Assembly: GCF_036321535.1 (NCBI RefSeq)
Contig: NC_087472.1
Span: forward strand, 102,178,001 to 102,242,000
Direction: 5' to 3'
DNA: 64,000 nt
Source of the DNA: Camelus dromedarius
Taxonomy: Eukaryota
Part shown: piece by piece, positions 1-12,478 of the stretch
Numbering within the stretch: the first letter of the stretch is position 1
Layout of the letters: each line of letters begins with the position of its first letter
Made by a program: the position numbers and the translations under genes
Notes under the pieces: model-generated
Told to the model about the DNA's origin: nothing
Seen by the model: the letters and a program-made list of their open reading frames with translations, nothing else
Databases searched by the model: none

Positions 1-575
1 ATCAATAGCTAAGCTCTCATGTTTCAGAGACCCTCCCTAAAAAGTGGGGGCTGATACAAATGTTTGACTCACCATGACTCTTTCCTATCCAAAGGATCTG
101 GGGATAACTGTTTTAATAACGAGAAAGACAAAGAGAGTTCTATTCCAACTTTCTGGTGTGCTAGAATGTTCTGTATCTTTATCTGATTGCAGTTACATGG
201 GTATATAAATATGGAAAAAGTCGAGTGTACATTTAAGATTACAACCCTTCACACCTATCAACTGCATGCAATTTTTAAACTTTTTCATTAGGTGTAAGAG
301 TCCTAGTTCATTCCACTGCCCAAGGCCACTTGGGCACACTGGGACATGCGTAAAGTCACCACTTGGCTCTACAGAAAGATCGTCCTCTTCATTTTTTATC
401 AGCTGGGGGTTCAGTAGTTGCCTACTCCACAATTTTCATGAAAGGGTAAGTGACCTTGGTTCTAGTCCATCCAGAGAGTACTAGAAGCATCTGGAAACCA
501 TTTTAAGAAACAGAAGTTTCTTATAAGGTCTGTATGGAAAATGCCTAAGGTTTAGGATCTATGATGAGGCCTTAC

Positions 576-718
576 CTGCTTGCAGGTACTCCGGCTGCAG
601 AGTTGGAGGCAGGCCCTCAGGCAGTGGGTAGCCATTCTTCCGGGCCACAATGAGATGAAACGCAGCACAAAACTCAGGCAGGGTCAGGGCTCCATCGCAG
701 TCAGCATCACTAAGTTCC
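576..718 (-). CDS. REPS2: REPS2 exon 8 (EH domain with EF-hand loop [13 protein letters not shown])
   Basis: Acceptor tgtttag|G, donor GCAG|gtaagg; 143 bp; (W)[47 protein letters not shown]. Confidence 0.96.
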
Positions 719-2427
719 CTAAACATAGCAGATGTCATGAGTTCCTAACACAGTGTTAGAGGAAAACTTACTCAGCCTCAAACATGCAAACACAACTCCC
801 AGGCTCTCTGGTGGGGGCTCTGCAGGGTCCCCAAACCCATATAAAATCTCAGGGGGCCATATGGAGGAAGCAAAATTGACAGCACTGTCGTGAGTAGCAC
901 TTTATAAATAAAAAATTTAAATTCTTCAGGTTTTCTCTTAGATCTATATTACAACAGAGTACACAAGACAAAAAAGCATAGCACAAAAACAAAAATGATG
1001 CCCAGAATTGCACAGTTAGTTGACACTCATTCGTTGTGTGAAAAGCTCTGGCCTTGGTGCTCAAAACAGTCAGACAAAGGGCTGGCCCTGGCCCCGGCCC
1101 TTTTACCGTTGTGCTGGCCAACAGATAATTCAGTTACCCGAGCTCAGATACAAGCGCTTCATTTTTCAGCTGTAAGAAAAAACCTTGAACGTTTCAAGTC
1201 ACATAAATGTATCAAAAATTTGCGTGAGAATTCCCTCCTGGGAAAATACAAGTAAGCTTAATAAATACTGGTTGAATTATGTTTTCAGATAAAACTAGCA
1301 ACTAGGGAAGGTTGGAATCAGATAAGATGGAAAGGAAGAAAGGGAGAGCCTTGAAAAGGCTTATCTTCACTTCACCCATTGTTTCCCATGGAAAAGCACA
1401 GACCTATTTGCCAACGTAACTAAGACCCCATGAGCTTAGTCTCTTAGGTGCAGAGACAAGTCTACTTGTGTTAGGACAAGTAGAGGAAGGAGACATACAC
1501 TATCAGAGTAGAAAGGGGTTACTATTTAAAAAAAAAAAAAAACTATGGAAGGTAAGCTCCGTAACTTTCCTTTACACCCTTCACATCCTCCTCCCCCACC
1601 ATGAATATTTAGAAAGCACCAGCTCCCCAGGGTGAGGAGCCAGGGAACTGTTCCAAACCTGGATGGAGAGAATACTATAGAGCTTACATGGATATGTCTC
1701 TACAAAAAGATAGGATCCCTCATGCCAATGTTAAGACTGGAAATTCTGCCAAAATAGATTATATTCTTTACAAAATGAAAATTTCTCTTTTTTTCCTAGC
1801 TTTAAAGCCTAATAAGGCTTGTTGTTCAAAAAACTATGCTGGAATATATTGCTGTAGAACCTAAATTCAGCTCAGAATCCCACATACATCGGCATTCACA
1901 AATGTCAATGGAATAGATTTCCAGTAAGATGCACAAAACATAACAAGCAATTTTAAAGTCTATTATAATTTTTTTAAATCCTCATGAAAAAAAGTTTTAC
2001 TTAAATATTCCAATGCTTTAATTATATATATATAGCAGCATGGTCTCATGGTCTCCCATCCAGTCTTGAGGAAGACTAGCCCACACGCAGCCAGGAGTCT
2101 ACAGACGCCCTGAGCATTTTCATAAATGCAAACAGAGCCATCTGGACCATCCGGCATAGCCCTTCTGGAGCTGGGGACATAGCCAGCACGGCAGCAAGGC
2201 GCAGCGCACACCACAGCTGTAAGTCTGAACTAGGGTCCAGCTGATAAACACCAGCCAAATTTACAAAGCTTGGAGGCAGCTAGAATAGTCAAATTTAACT
2301 CAATTCCAAAACACTTGTGGACCTGCTGTTCACCTGGCCTCATAAAATATTACAAAGAATAGCTTCTCAAGGTTCTCTGGTTACTGGCATCACATCAAGT
2401 AGAAAAATCGGAAAATAAAATACACAA

Positions 2428-2571
2428 GGTGGGGGAGGGTGTAGCTCAGTGGTAGAGCGCATACTTAGCATGTACAAGGTCCTGGATTCAATCCCCAGCA
2501 TCTCCATTAAAAGAAATAATTAATAAATAAACCTAATTACCTCCCTAACTGAAAAAAAAAATTAAAAAAAA
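2428..2571 (+). mobile_element. tRNA-Ala-derived SINE (Vic-1-like)
   Basis: A box TAGCTCAGTGG, B box GATTCAATCC, AATAAA-rich tail with CCTAATTACCTCCC, poly-A; aaaatacac repeated at 2417-2425 and 2572-2580. Confidence 0.88.
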
Positions 2572-2888
2572 AAAATACACCGGCTGCAGATTCTCATACA
2601 TTCACACAACTGCTTAGACTGAAAAGGGATCTAGATGAGAATAATAATTAGGAAATTACCTTTAAAATAAGAGCTAATACAGTGCACGATATGTGCCAGA
2701 CACTGTTCACTGTGCTTTTCATATAATAACATATTTATACTTCATAGCAACAGAAATCTAAGTTCTATTCATTCTCTTAGTCTGTTTAAAACAATATTCA
2801 AAAGATTAGAGTTTTAAAATGCAAAAATAGGAGCTACGGGATGGCTATGTATAACAGTATGATACTATGTGCCATTAATTGTACTTAC

Positions 2889-2952
2889 CATATATAGGAG
2901 AGTTCTGGAATGGAAAGCTTTGATTTGGTGAAGAAGTTCTTGGCCACAGAAC
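2889..2952 (-). CDS. REPS2: REPS2 exon 7 (EH domain)
   Basis: Acceptor tttacag|GT, donor ATATG|gtaagt; 64 bp; (G)SVAKNFFTKSKLSIPELSYI(W). Confidence 0.95.
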
Positions 2953-4679
2953 CTGTAAAGAGCCATTATTTAAATAAATCATTAATTACTTATCTAGAGC
3001 AGCTTTTATATTTCTATGAAAATGAATCACCATTTTTTTCATTCAGCAATTCCTACCATATAATCACATATCTAACATTTATTCATCAAAGCAATTACAA
3101 ATCACATGTCTAAAAACAACATATGAACAGCTTTTTAAAGACTATGTAATTTAGAATAGGGCAAAAGAAGCAATAACATAATAGCTATAATGACATGAAA
3201 ACTATATAAATTCCTTCTTCGTTTTTCCGAAAATCTGCAAAATTTACTAAAATTTCAAAAGATATAAATCAAAATTATTAAAGTAAAAATCTGTCGAGCA
3301 CTTTTAATGAAAGGATGCAAAAGTAAGACACAATCATGGGAGAAAGGGGAGCAAAAATAAGAAGACTAACACCATTAAGTTCATCATACTAGAGATAAGA
3401 CAAACATCTTGGGAAAGAGTTTTGGTGAGATTTAAGAGTTCTTGGTGGCTCTTCAAGAATCACATCCAGGAACCTCTTACTACTTTTTATATTCACTGCA
3501 AATTTACCAATATCAATGGAAATCAGATAATCATTCCATTTTACGTGTTACATACCTGCAAGTCCCAAATGCACTTAAAATGTTTAGACTCAATCCTTAT
3601 TTAGATTGAATTTCCTTTACTTTCAGCTCTCAAAACACCTTCACAATTCAAAAGCCTCAATTCTAACACAAAGAATAGTCAAATCAAAGCCCCAAGGTCT
3701 ACTCTAAAGTGATAAATTCAAAGGTCTTTCCTTAGTAATCACAGGTCTTCTAACTAGCCATAAAACAATGGATTATAATGGACCCTAAAGCAGGCTTATT
3801 TTCCTTTGATAGATTAAGGATCAAAGGCAAAGTGCCCTATAAACCAGTGAGCCTTCTCCCCAAAAGCATCCTAGAAATAATGCTGACATAAGACTGCTGG
3901 TCTTTAATGCAGCCACCTTGTCAAATACTTGTCAGAAATTTCTTGAAAGCCTATTTACCAGCTATTTTATAGATATAAAGGCATTCTCCCCTCATTTCAT
4001 TCTTCTTTCTCCCGGCCGATCTCCTTTCTTCAAAGCACAATAGGCTCAAACCCAGCGCTAGAGATCTGGCCTGGCCTTCACACAGAGAGGTTACGTAGGG
4101 CCACCAGGGAAACTGCGGGCCAGGGAAGGGTGCAGGTGAGAAAGCCCAGGGCGCCCCTCATGGCTGCCGACAGAAGAGCAAACCGTGAGCTGGAATCCGA
4201 ACCCCCGCCCCACCCCCAAGCAAAGACTTGAAGTAATCCCAGCAGAGGATGAGGTGAATTAATGATTGCACATTCACACAGTCGAGGAGTACATTGCTAT
4301 AAAAGGAAACGAGAAATATTTCCACATATGACTACAGAGTAATTACCAGAATATACTGTTCAGTGAAAAAAGCAAGAAGGAGAAAAGTATAAATAGTATG
4401 CTACCATTTATCTAAGAAAATATGGAGATAAGAATACATATGCATATATAGAAATACACATGGACATGTATTTGCTTTTATTTTTAAGAACAGACAAATA
4501 AGTCATAAAACAAGATGGTTACCTATAGGAGCAGGGAAGGAACAGGGTACAGGAGACAGATAGAAACTAGACTTTTTTGAATGTAGCTTTAGACTCAACT
4601 TTAGAACCATGTAAATATTTTATAGAAGTAAAAAATTAAATTTTAGGAACACAATCTATAAAAATTGAAATCAAAACAA

Positions 4680-6094
4680 ATAAAACTGAAAAGAACAAAG
4701 TTGTAGAACACCCACTATCCAATTTCAAAACTTAATATAATAATCAAGACATTGTGGTACTGTCATTAGGCTAGTCATGTAAGTCAGTGAAACAGAATTA
4801 ACCAAGAAATGAACCTTCATATTTATAGTCAATTGAATGTTGACAGGGATGCTAAAACAATTAAATGGGGGAAAAACGTTTTTTCAACAAATGGTGCTGG
4901 AACAACTGGATACTCACATGCAAAAGAATGAATCTGAACTGCAACTTCATACAGTACACAGAAATTAACTGAAACTGTACCAAAGACTTAAGTGTAACAA
5001 ATAAAACTATAATATATATATATATATTCCTTCTTAAAGAAAAATAAAGATATAAATTTCCATGACCTCACATTAAGCAATGATTTCTTAGATATGACAC
5101 AAAAAGTACAAGCAACAAAAGAAAGAACAGATAAACTGGACATCAAAATTAAAAACTTTTGTGCTTCATAAGACACCATCAGGAAAATAAAAAGACAAGC
5201 CAGAGATTGGGAAAAAATATGTGCAAATCATATGTCTGATAAGGGTCTTGTATCCAGAATACACACAGAACTCTTATCCACTCAACTTTTTTTTAAATAG
5301 CAAAGGATCTGAACAGACATTTCTCCAAAGGATATATACAAAAGGCCAATAAAAGCATGAAATGATGCTCAATGTCATTATTCATCCACAAAGAGATACC
5401 ACTTCATGTTCACTGGGATGGCTATAATCAAAAGATAGTAACAAGTGTTGACAAAGATGTAGAGTAATTAGAACCCTCATACACTGCTGGTGGCAATGTA
5501 AAATGGTGCAGTCACTTTGGAAAACAAGTCTGACTGATTCTCAAATGGTTAAATATACTTAACCATATGATCCAGCAATTCCACTCCTAGGTATACACCC
5601 AAGAGAAATAAAAACATACATTCCACACAAAAACTTGCACAAAAATGTTCATAGCAGCGTTATTATTAACAGCCAAAAAGTGAAAACAATCCAAAAGCCA
5701 ATCAACTGGTGAATAGATAAATTAAACGTGGTATAGCCATATGATGAAATTATTCAGCCATAAAAAGGAATGAAAATCTGGCATATACCAAAACCTGGAT
5801 GAGCCTTAAGAACATTATGCTAAGTGGAAGAGGTCACACACCAAAAACCACATATTATTACAATTTCATTTACATGAAGAGCCCAGAATAGGCAAATCTA
5901 TATAGAGAGAAAGTAGTTTCATGATTACCTAGGGTTGGGGGGTGGGGAGAGCAGGAATGGGGAATAATTGCTAATAAGTGGTTTATTGGGGGGTGTTCTA
6001 AACCTAGGTTGTGTCTATACTAAAAACATTTAATTGAAAACTTCAAATAGGTGACCTTTATGGTATGTAAATTACATCTAAATAAAGATTTTTT
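4680..6094 (+). mobile_element. Older L1 (L1M-type) ORF2 3' end and 3' UTR, degenerate
   Basis: L1 hallmark strings (ttcaacaaatggtgctggaacaactgga; gatccagcaattccactcctaggtata; AATAAA near 6081); no long ORF; boundaries approximate. Confidence 0.85.
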
Positions 6095-6109
6095 TAAAAA
6101 GAGACATCA

Positions 6110-7179
6110 CAGTCTATTCAGGCAATAGAAACAGAAGCAAAAGTAAACAAATGAGATCTAATTAAACTCATAAGCTTTTGCATAGCGAAGGAAACCATAA
6201 GCAAAATAAAAACAACAACCTACAGAATGGGAGAAAATATTTGCAAATGATGCAACTGACAAAGGCCTAATTTCCAGAATATATAAATAGCTCATACAAC
6301 TTAATAACAAAAAAAAACCCAATCCAAAAATGGGTAGAAGACCTAAACAAGCAATTCTCCAATAAAGACATACAAATGGCCAATAGGCACATGAAAAAAT
6401 GCTCAATATAACTAATTATCAGAGAAATGCAAATCAAAGCTACAATGAGGTACACCTCACACCACTCAGAATGACCATCATTCAAAAGTCCATGAACAAT
6501 AAATGCTGGAGAGGGTGTGGAGAAAAGGGAGCTCCCCCTACACTGCTGGTGGAAATGGAGTTTGGTGCAGCTGTTATGCCAAACAGTATGGAGATTCCTC
6601 AAAAGACTAAAAATAGAATTACCACATGATCCAGCAATCCCACTCCTGGGCATATATCCAGAGGGAACCTTAATTCAAAAAGACACATGCACCCCAATGT
6701 TCATAGAAGCACTATATACAGTAGCCAAGACATGGAAGCAACCTAAATGTCCATCGACAGATGACTGGATTAAGAAGCTGTGGTATATTTATATAATGGA
6801 ATACTACTCGGCCATAAAAAAGAATAAAATAATGCCATTTGCAATAACATGGATGGACCTGGAGATTGTCATTTTAAGTGAAGTAAGCCAGAAACAGAAA
6901 TAAAAATACCGTATGGTATCATGTATACGTGGAATTTTAAAAAATGAAAAAAGAAGACACTAATGAACTCATCTACAAAACAGAGACTCAGACTTAGTAA
7001 ACGATCTTACGGTTACCGGGGGAAATGGGGTGGGAAAGGATAAATCTGGGAGTCTGAAATTTGCAAATATTAACTACTATATAAAAATGGATAAAAATCA
7101 AATTTCTTCTGTATAACACAGGAAATTATATTCAATATCTTATAGTAACCTTTAATGAAAAAGAATATGAAAATGAATA

Positions 7180-7233
<54 letters not shown>

Positions 7234-7312
7234 TGACTGGGACATTATGCTGTACACCAGAAACTGACACATTATAGCTGACCGTACTTCAATAAAAAAA
7301 TAAAATAAAATA
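6110..7312 (+). mobile_element. Young 5'-truncated L1 (about 1.2 kb)
   Basis: ORF 6517-6903 encodes the L1 ORF2 C-terminus (HCWWKW...DPAIPLLGIYP...WMDLE); 3' UTR and poly-A; TSD aaaaagaga(c/a)atca at 6096-6109 and 7313-7326. Confidence 0.93.
7181..7232. repeat. Compound microsatellite (GT)10(AT)9(AC)7 within the L1 3' UTR
   Basis: Read directly from the sequence. Confidence 0.95.
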
Positions 7313-7369
7313 AAAAAGAGAAATCAACTAATTGCAGGATATGAACTTCTCTTGGCCTTGACAAACTAA

Positions 7370-7700
7370 ACTTTTTAAAAAGGTATTTGTGAGACAATCA
7401 GGGAAATCTGAACAATAAGATGATGATATTAAGTAATTTGTGAGGTTTTTGTGGGGTTTTTTTTCACATGTGCCAATGAATTGTGGTTATGTTTTTAAAA
7501 GAGGCCTTATCTTTACAGATACATTCTGAAATATTTTCAAGTGAAATCATCTGGTACTTCCTTCAAAATCAGCTGGGTTGAAAGAGGCTAGAAATAAAAC
7601 CAAATTGTTAGAACTGAGTGATGGGTACATAGGGGTTTCTTACACTAACCACTCTAGTTGTGTCTATATTTGAAATTCTGTGAAATAAAAAAGTTAAAAG
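7370..7700 (+). mobile_element. Ancient L1MC-type 3' end fragment
   Basis: Strings such as ttgtggttatg...ccttatcttt...gatacattctgaaatattt and gatgggtacatagggg; boundaries approximate. Confidence 0.6.
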
Positions 7701-8703
7701 AAAATAAATACATTCCTAACAACAATCTATTTGTATTTGGTTAAATAACTGCATACATTGTGAAGAAACTCACTTAAGCAGTGGGTAAGGTTAGCAAGTA
7801 CTAATCATATACAATCTGGGTTTCTACTTTTCTTCTAAACCATGTTGTCAAAATTAATTTGTTGTATCTACAATATTCTGCCTTCAAATAAAGCAATGAC
7901 CACCAATCAGAAAACGTTTGCATTAACACAAGTATATTTCAACTACACACACGCCTTATTTCACGAGAGAAAATTAATCTTAGTCCCCACTTCAGTAGGT
8001 CAGGTTACAATTATCAAGGACATATTGTTATTTTTTACAATTGAAGTATAAAACGAAAGTTTTCGACTTTTTCTTCCAGACTCTACTATTCACTGTTTAG
8101 TCTTCAGCCGAGTAAAATGTAGGCACACGGGAATTAAATCAATTCCTCTCTGTCTGCGTTTTACATGAGAACTCAATAGGAATATGTATTTCTGAAGATA
8201 ACCCAGAAGAACTAACATGAGGACATAAAAATGCTGGCCAACGTTCCTCCCATATTTTCTCTCAGAAAAAGCCAGAGGAAAAAGACTTGCACCAAAGCAA
8301 ATGAGCATGAATTCGAACTCCAAGGTGCAGCTAACACAGAGACAGCAGCTCTCTGCGAGGTGCCCCTGCATCCTCACTCTAACACTGACAGTTAAAGGTG
8401 CTGCCCGGTCGCCATGTTCACTTTAGGAACTGCTCCGGCTAATCAGGCGCAGGGTCCAGACCAGGCTTCTCCAAATTCCCGTTCAACCCCTTTGAAAAGG
8501 AAACCTCATTTTCCAAATATCACTGCCAAGTGTTTTTCTTCGTGGTTGATAGTTGATAAGAAACTCAACCTCGGAGAAAAACAAACTGAAGTCACAGAAG
8601 GTTGTCGTGCTCATTTTGTGTGAACTATTTCTCAGGCAGTGCACTGTTATTTACAGGAGACAACAAGCTGGGACCCACATTCACCCCTGGACGACTTCGT
8701 TAC

Positions 8704-8839
8704 CTGAAATGAAGGAACTCGGGTCGGGCTGAAGGGATCGGAACTGGTTGACATAGTACTCGCGCTGCTCTTCTGTTATCCTCCAGGGTTCGTCCGGGTA
8801 ATTACTGTGGTCCTGCAGTTCTCTCTCCACTGAAAAGGA
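8704..8839 (-). CDS. REPS2: REPS2 exon 6 (start of the central EH domain)
   Basis: Acceptor ttttacag|TCC, donor TCAG|gtaacg; 136 bp; SFSVERELQDHSNYPDEPWRITEEQREYYVNQFRSLQPDPSSFIS. Confidence 0.96.
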
Positions 8840-9479
8840 CTGTAAAAATAAATAAATAAGCAATGCTCAGAGAATCTGTCTTTCATGAAACCAAGTAGAA
8901 ATTTTAAACACCAATAAAAGTTACCAAGCATTATATTTATGTTTTTCTCAAAGGAATAAATTTAAACACCTCACGACTAGAATTTAACTGGAATATAAAC
9001 TTCTGAAGGGCAGACATCATGTTTCACACTTTTTTGTTGTATTCCCCAAAATTGTTAACAGTACTGAGCATGAAATACTGAACACTTGGTGAGTGACGAA
9101 AGTTCTTCCAATGTGATGAAGGAAGAGAAAAAATACAATCATTCTTATCTTCAAATATTCACCACACTGTGATTCTTTCAAATTAGCTGAGTAGATAGTA
9201 AAATAATCTAGATTCTTTTTAAACCATTTTTTTTAATCTAGAAGAGTTATAATCACATCATCTTTTTTTCTGAGACATTTCCGTTGCATAAATCTGAGAA
9301 TCAAAAACTCTGAATCAAGTCCCACATCCCCAGGTCCCACGTGAGTGGTAAGTCAGGACCACCGAACCTCTCATTCCACCTGTGTGAACTGGGGATTCTA
9401 CTCAGTAGCAGAGCCGAGTGGAGAGATGGGCTGTCATGGTAGTGCAGCAAACAGGGTAACAAGGGGCGCGTCAGACCTA

Positions 9480-9492
9480 CCACTAGGGGGCG
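9480..9492 (+). promoter_or_regulatory. CTCF core motif CCACTAGGGGGCG
   Basis: Matches the CCASYAGRKGGCR consensus; CpGs retained nearby; binding not demonstrated. Confidence 0.6.
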
Positions 9493-12289
9493 AGCAAGCC
9501 AAATTTGAGGACTTCAGGATAACAGAGAAGTAATGCGGGAGAAAACAGCTCTGCCAGGCAGTGGGGAAAGAAGCAAACAAGGTGATTCTGGAAGAAGCAG
9601 CCCGGGGCTTTGTTCCATCCCTCCCATCCATCCTAAGGCTAAGGTGCTACTTGCCAAGGGCCGCTTTGTGGAATTAAAAGGTGAACACAAGGAGGGTGAA
9701 CCTTTAAGACAAAAGGACATGAGGAAAGGAAGAGATACTACTAATAAAAAGCCATCAAGTTGCATGCTTCTGAACACAGTATTAAGGCATTAATTATTAG
9801 GAGGGCATTCTACTCACTATCCCAAGAAAAGACAGCAGGCCATAGCGGCCCTTCCCCAACCTCCCCAACACACACACACCATTCTGGAAGAAAATCTTCC
9901 CAGGAATACTGGGCTCTCCTCTGACACCATTCAGAGAAGAAATGAGTCTCTGAAAGTTTGAGCTGTGATTTAACCTTGAGATGTCATCTTTGAAGTTTTC
10001 ATACTAGTTGAATTTCCACCAAATGTGAATCAACCATTTTAAAATGCCCTGGAAGTTAGTCCACTAGTTAATACCTTAAATTCAGAGTGCTTTGAAATTT
10101 ATGAAGCATTTCACACACTCCACCTCATCTGAGCACCTCAAAACATTTGAGAGGTAAACACAGCAGGTGTTATTATCCTTTTCCTAGATGAGGAAACATA
10201 GATTCAGAGAGCTTAAGGGACGTGCCCATATCCTTCAGTGAACCCCTGCAGTCAGCAAATAATGGCCCCCTCTTTTTAATCTGTTGCCAAAATCTCCGTG
10301 CTGGGCGTTGACTGCTGCATTCCCTGGTGCTGACATGGCAGCTTCTATTCCCCTGGAATATACTCCGCTTCCCGCATGGAACCGAAGCTGCCAGGCCCAG
10401 GTGGTGTTGTTAGTGTCAGCCCATGTCTATTATTTCTCCGGTCCCATGACCATGCTCACTCTACTTCCTCTCCTACATAACTTGACTCCTGAGTGGTGTC
10501 AGTGGCCTCTTATCAGGTCTTAAGTCTATTCTTACAGCAGGAATGGACAGGAGATCACAGTGATCGATTCCTCTGTTTAAAAGCTTACAGGATGACCTGT
10601 TGCCCAATAAAACCAATCCACCTTCTCCACCTGGCCTTTAGCACCCTTAAAATCCAGCCTCCTCCTTGTTCAGTCATAGCAGGCTTCTGATTGCTACACG
10701 CCCTCTCCTCATGGGTGAGATTTGTGTCTTCTCCCCAGAACATCCTTCCTCTGATCCCAGCCTGCTCAATCCTATCCATCCTCAAGAACCCTAGCCCCAA
10801 AGGGCTCTCTGGTGTACCCACAGCCACTGCCAAGGCGCTGCCTGCCCCCTAACCACCAGCTCTGCTACAAAGATGGGCCTGGCAGCCACGTGTGCACCGC
10901 ATATCCCACCTCATGCCCTGTCTCACCCAACTGAGTCCCAGTCAGGGTGGGTGGGCACCCAGCCACTGGCCACTAGGGTGCTCTGGCATAGAAAGCTCTT
11001 CTCTAGCGAGAACAAGTTGGGCCAGATGCTCATTCTTGAGGATGTGGATGAAGAGCAGAAAGATCAACAAGCAGAGGAAACAGACCCTGAGCAGATGCAT
11101 CGCAGGGCCATGATGCAAAGTAAGGGCCAGCTGGGACTCAAAGTCATGAGGGAGCCAGAATCGAGCATAGCAGAACCTATAAGGCAGAGAAGTTTCAGAA
11201 AGAGTCCAGGGTGAGCGTGGTTGATGGCAGCCAAAAGAGGAGTGGACAGAGAAGTAAACTCAAGGCAACTAGGGGAAAGCCTGTTACTGACAGAACAAAT
11301 GTGAATAACTAAGAACTCCCACACCTGGGGACCGCTGGGCCACTCCTTGTCTCTCATTTCTTGAATTCCCATAAGAACTCCAACCCCTCCCTCTTTCTCA
11401 AGAAAACGTAAGCTGGCAAGGAGAGCTCCTGATCCCTGAAACCAAAATGCCTTACAATAACAAGAGAGGGCATATGAACACTGACAACCCGTACATGCGG
11501 TGGCCCTTCTACTGGCTAAACATGCGAACCTACACCTATCTCTTTCCTTTGCCTCTCACTGTATGTTTTTAATTGATTTGAGAAACCAAGTGATTTGAGC
11601 ATCTTTAAAAAATACGAATCCTTATTATAATTATGGTAAGTATCACACATTTGTACATTTAAAGTGTCCTTAAATATCTTCACTCAGACTTCAACCTAGA
11701 GAACTAGAGCCTTGTCATATCACCCTTTATTCCACATACTGTCCCTAGCACGTACAGCACCGACATTAAAAAAGCAGGCAAGGCCCACTTATTGACAGGC
11801 CCTAATAACTTCAGGAGTATGTCTTATTTTGAAAGAGTTGCAGAAACACTACTCGATGCTTTGCTTAATGACAGAAAGCCTGTGAGTCCATTTCATATTT
11901 TCAAGTTTGAAATCTATCAAAAGAAGTCCCTGTCGGTCCCAGGGTCTGATCTCTGCGGGAAATTCTCAAGTTCCTTATCCATTGAGTGATTTCAGGAACA
12001 GAGAAGGGGATATGGAAGGGGTAGATCACATTTCACACTCTTAAGCTGAAATATCCCCAAAATAAGCTGATCTGCTACAAGAATCAAAATGATGTGAACT
12101 CTGCTGCAAGAACAGTGACCCGCTCATTCATTCTTTCAGACACTTACTGATCACCAACAATATTGCAGACACTAGTCACTAGGGATACACCAACAGTCAA
12201 CCAGATTCTTTTTCCCAGGAGTGAGGGAGAAAGACGGGCAATCTCCAACAGTGAAGTGTGCACTGTGGTAAGCCAGGGACCTCCAGAGC

Positions 12290-12478
12290 ACTTGCTGCTC
12301 AGGGTGTGGTCCACAAACCACCCGCCTCTTCATCACGTGGGGACTCATCAGAAACATAGACCCCCAGCCCTACCCCACACCTAGTGAGTCATCAAGTCTG
12401 GGAGTGAGGCCCAGGAATCTGCAGTTTAACAAGCCTGCTAGATGATGCAAAGTGCTCTCAAGTCTGAGAAGCAATGCT
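12290..12478. mobile_element. MER5A-like hAT-Charlie MITE
   Basis: ggcccaggaatctgcagtttaacaagc...aagtctgagaagcaatgct resembles the MER5A consensus. Confidence 0.7.

Noticed and set aside
2431..2505. tRNA-Ala(AGC) gene (also at 43722, 52565, 59351, 61381 and 41221 on the minus strand)
   Set aside because: Copies differ from each other, have disrupted stems, and carry TSDs and mostly A-rich tails, so they are SINEs rather than tRNA genes.
6267..6903. 128-aa ORFs on both strands
   Set aside because: They are the L1 ORF2 C-terminal remnant and its antisense frame inside a 5'-truncated L1, not host genes.
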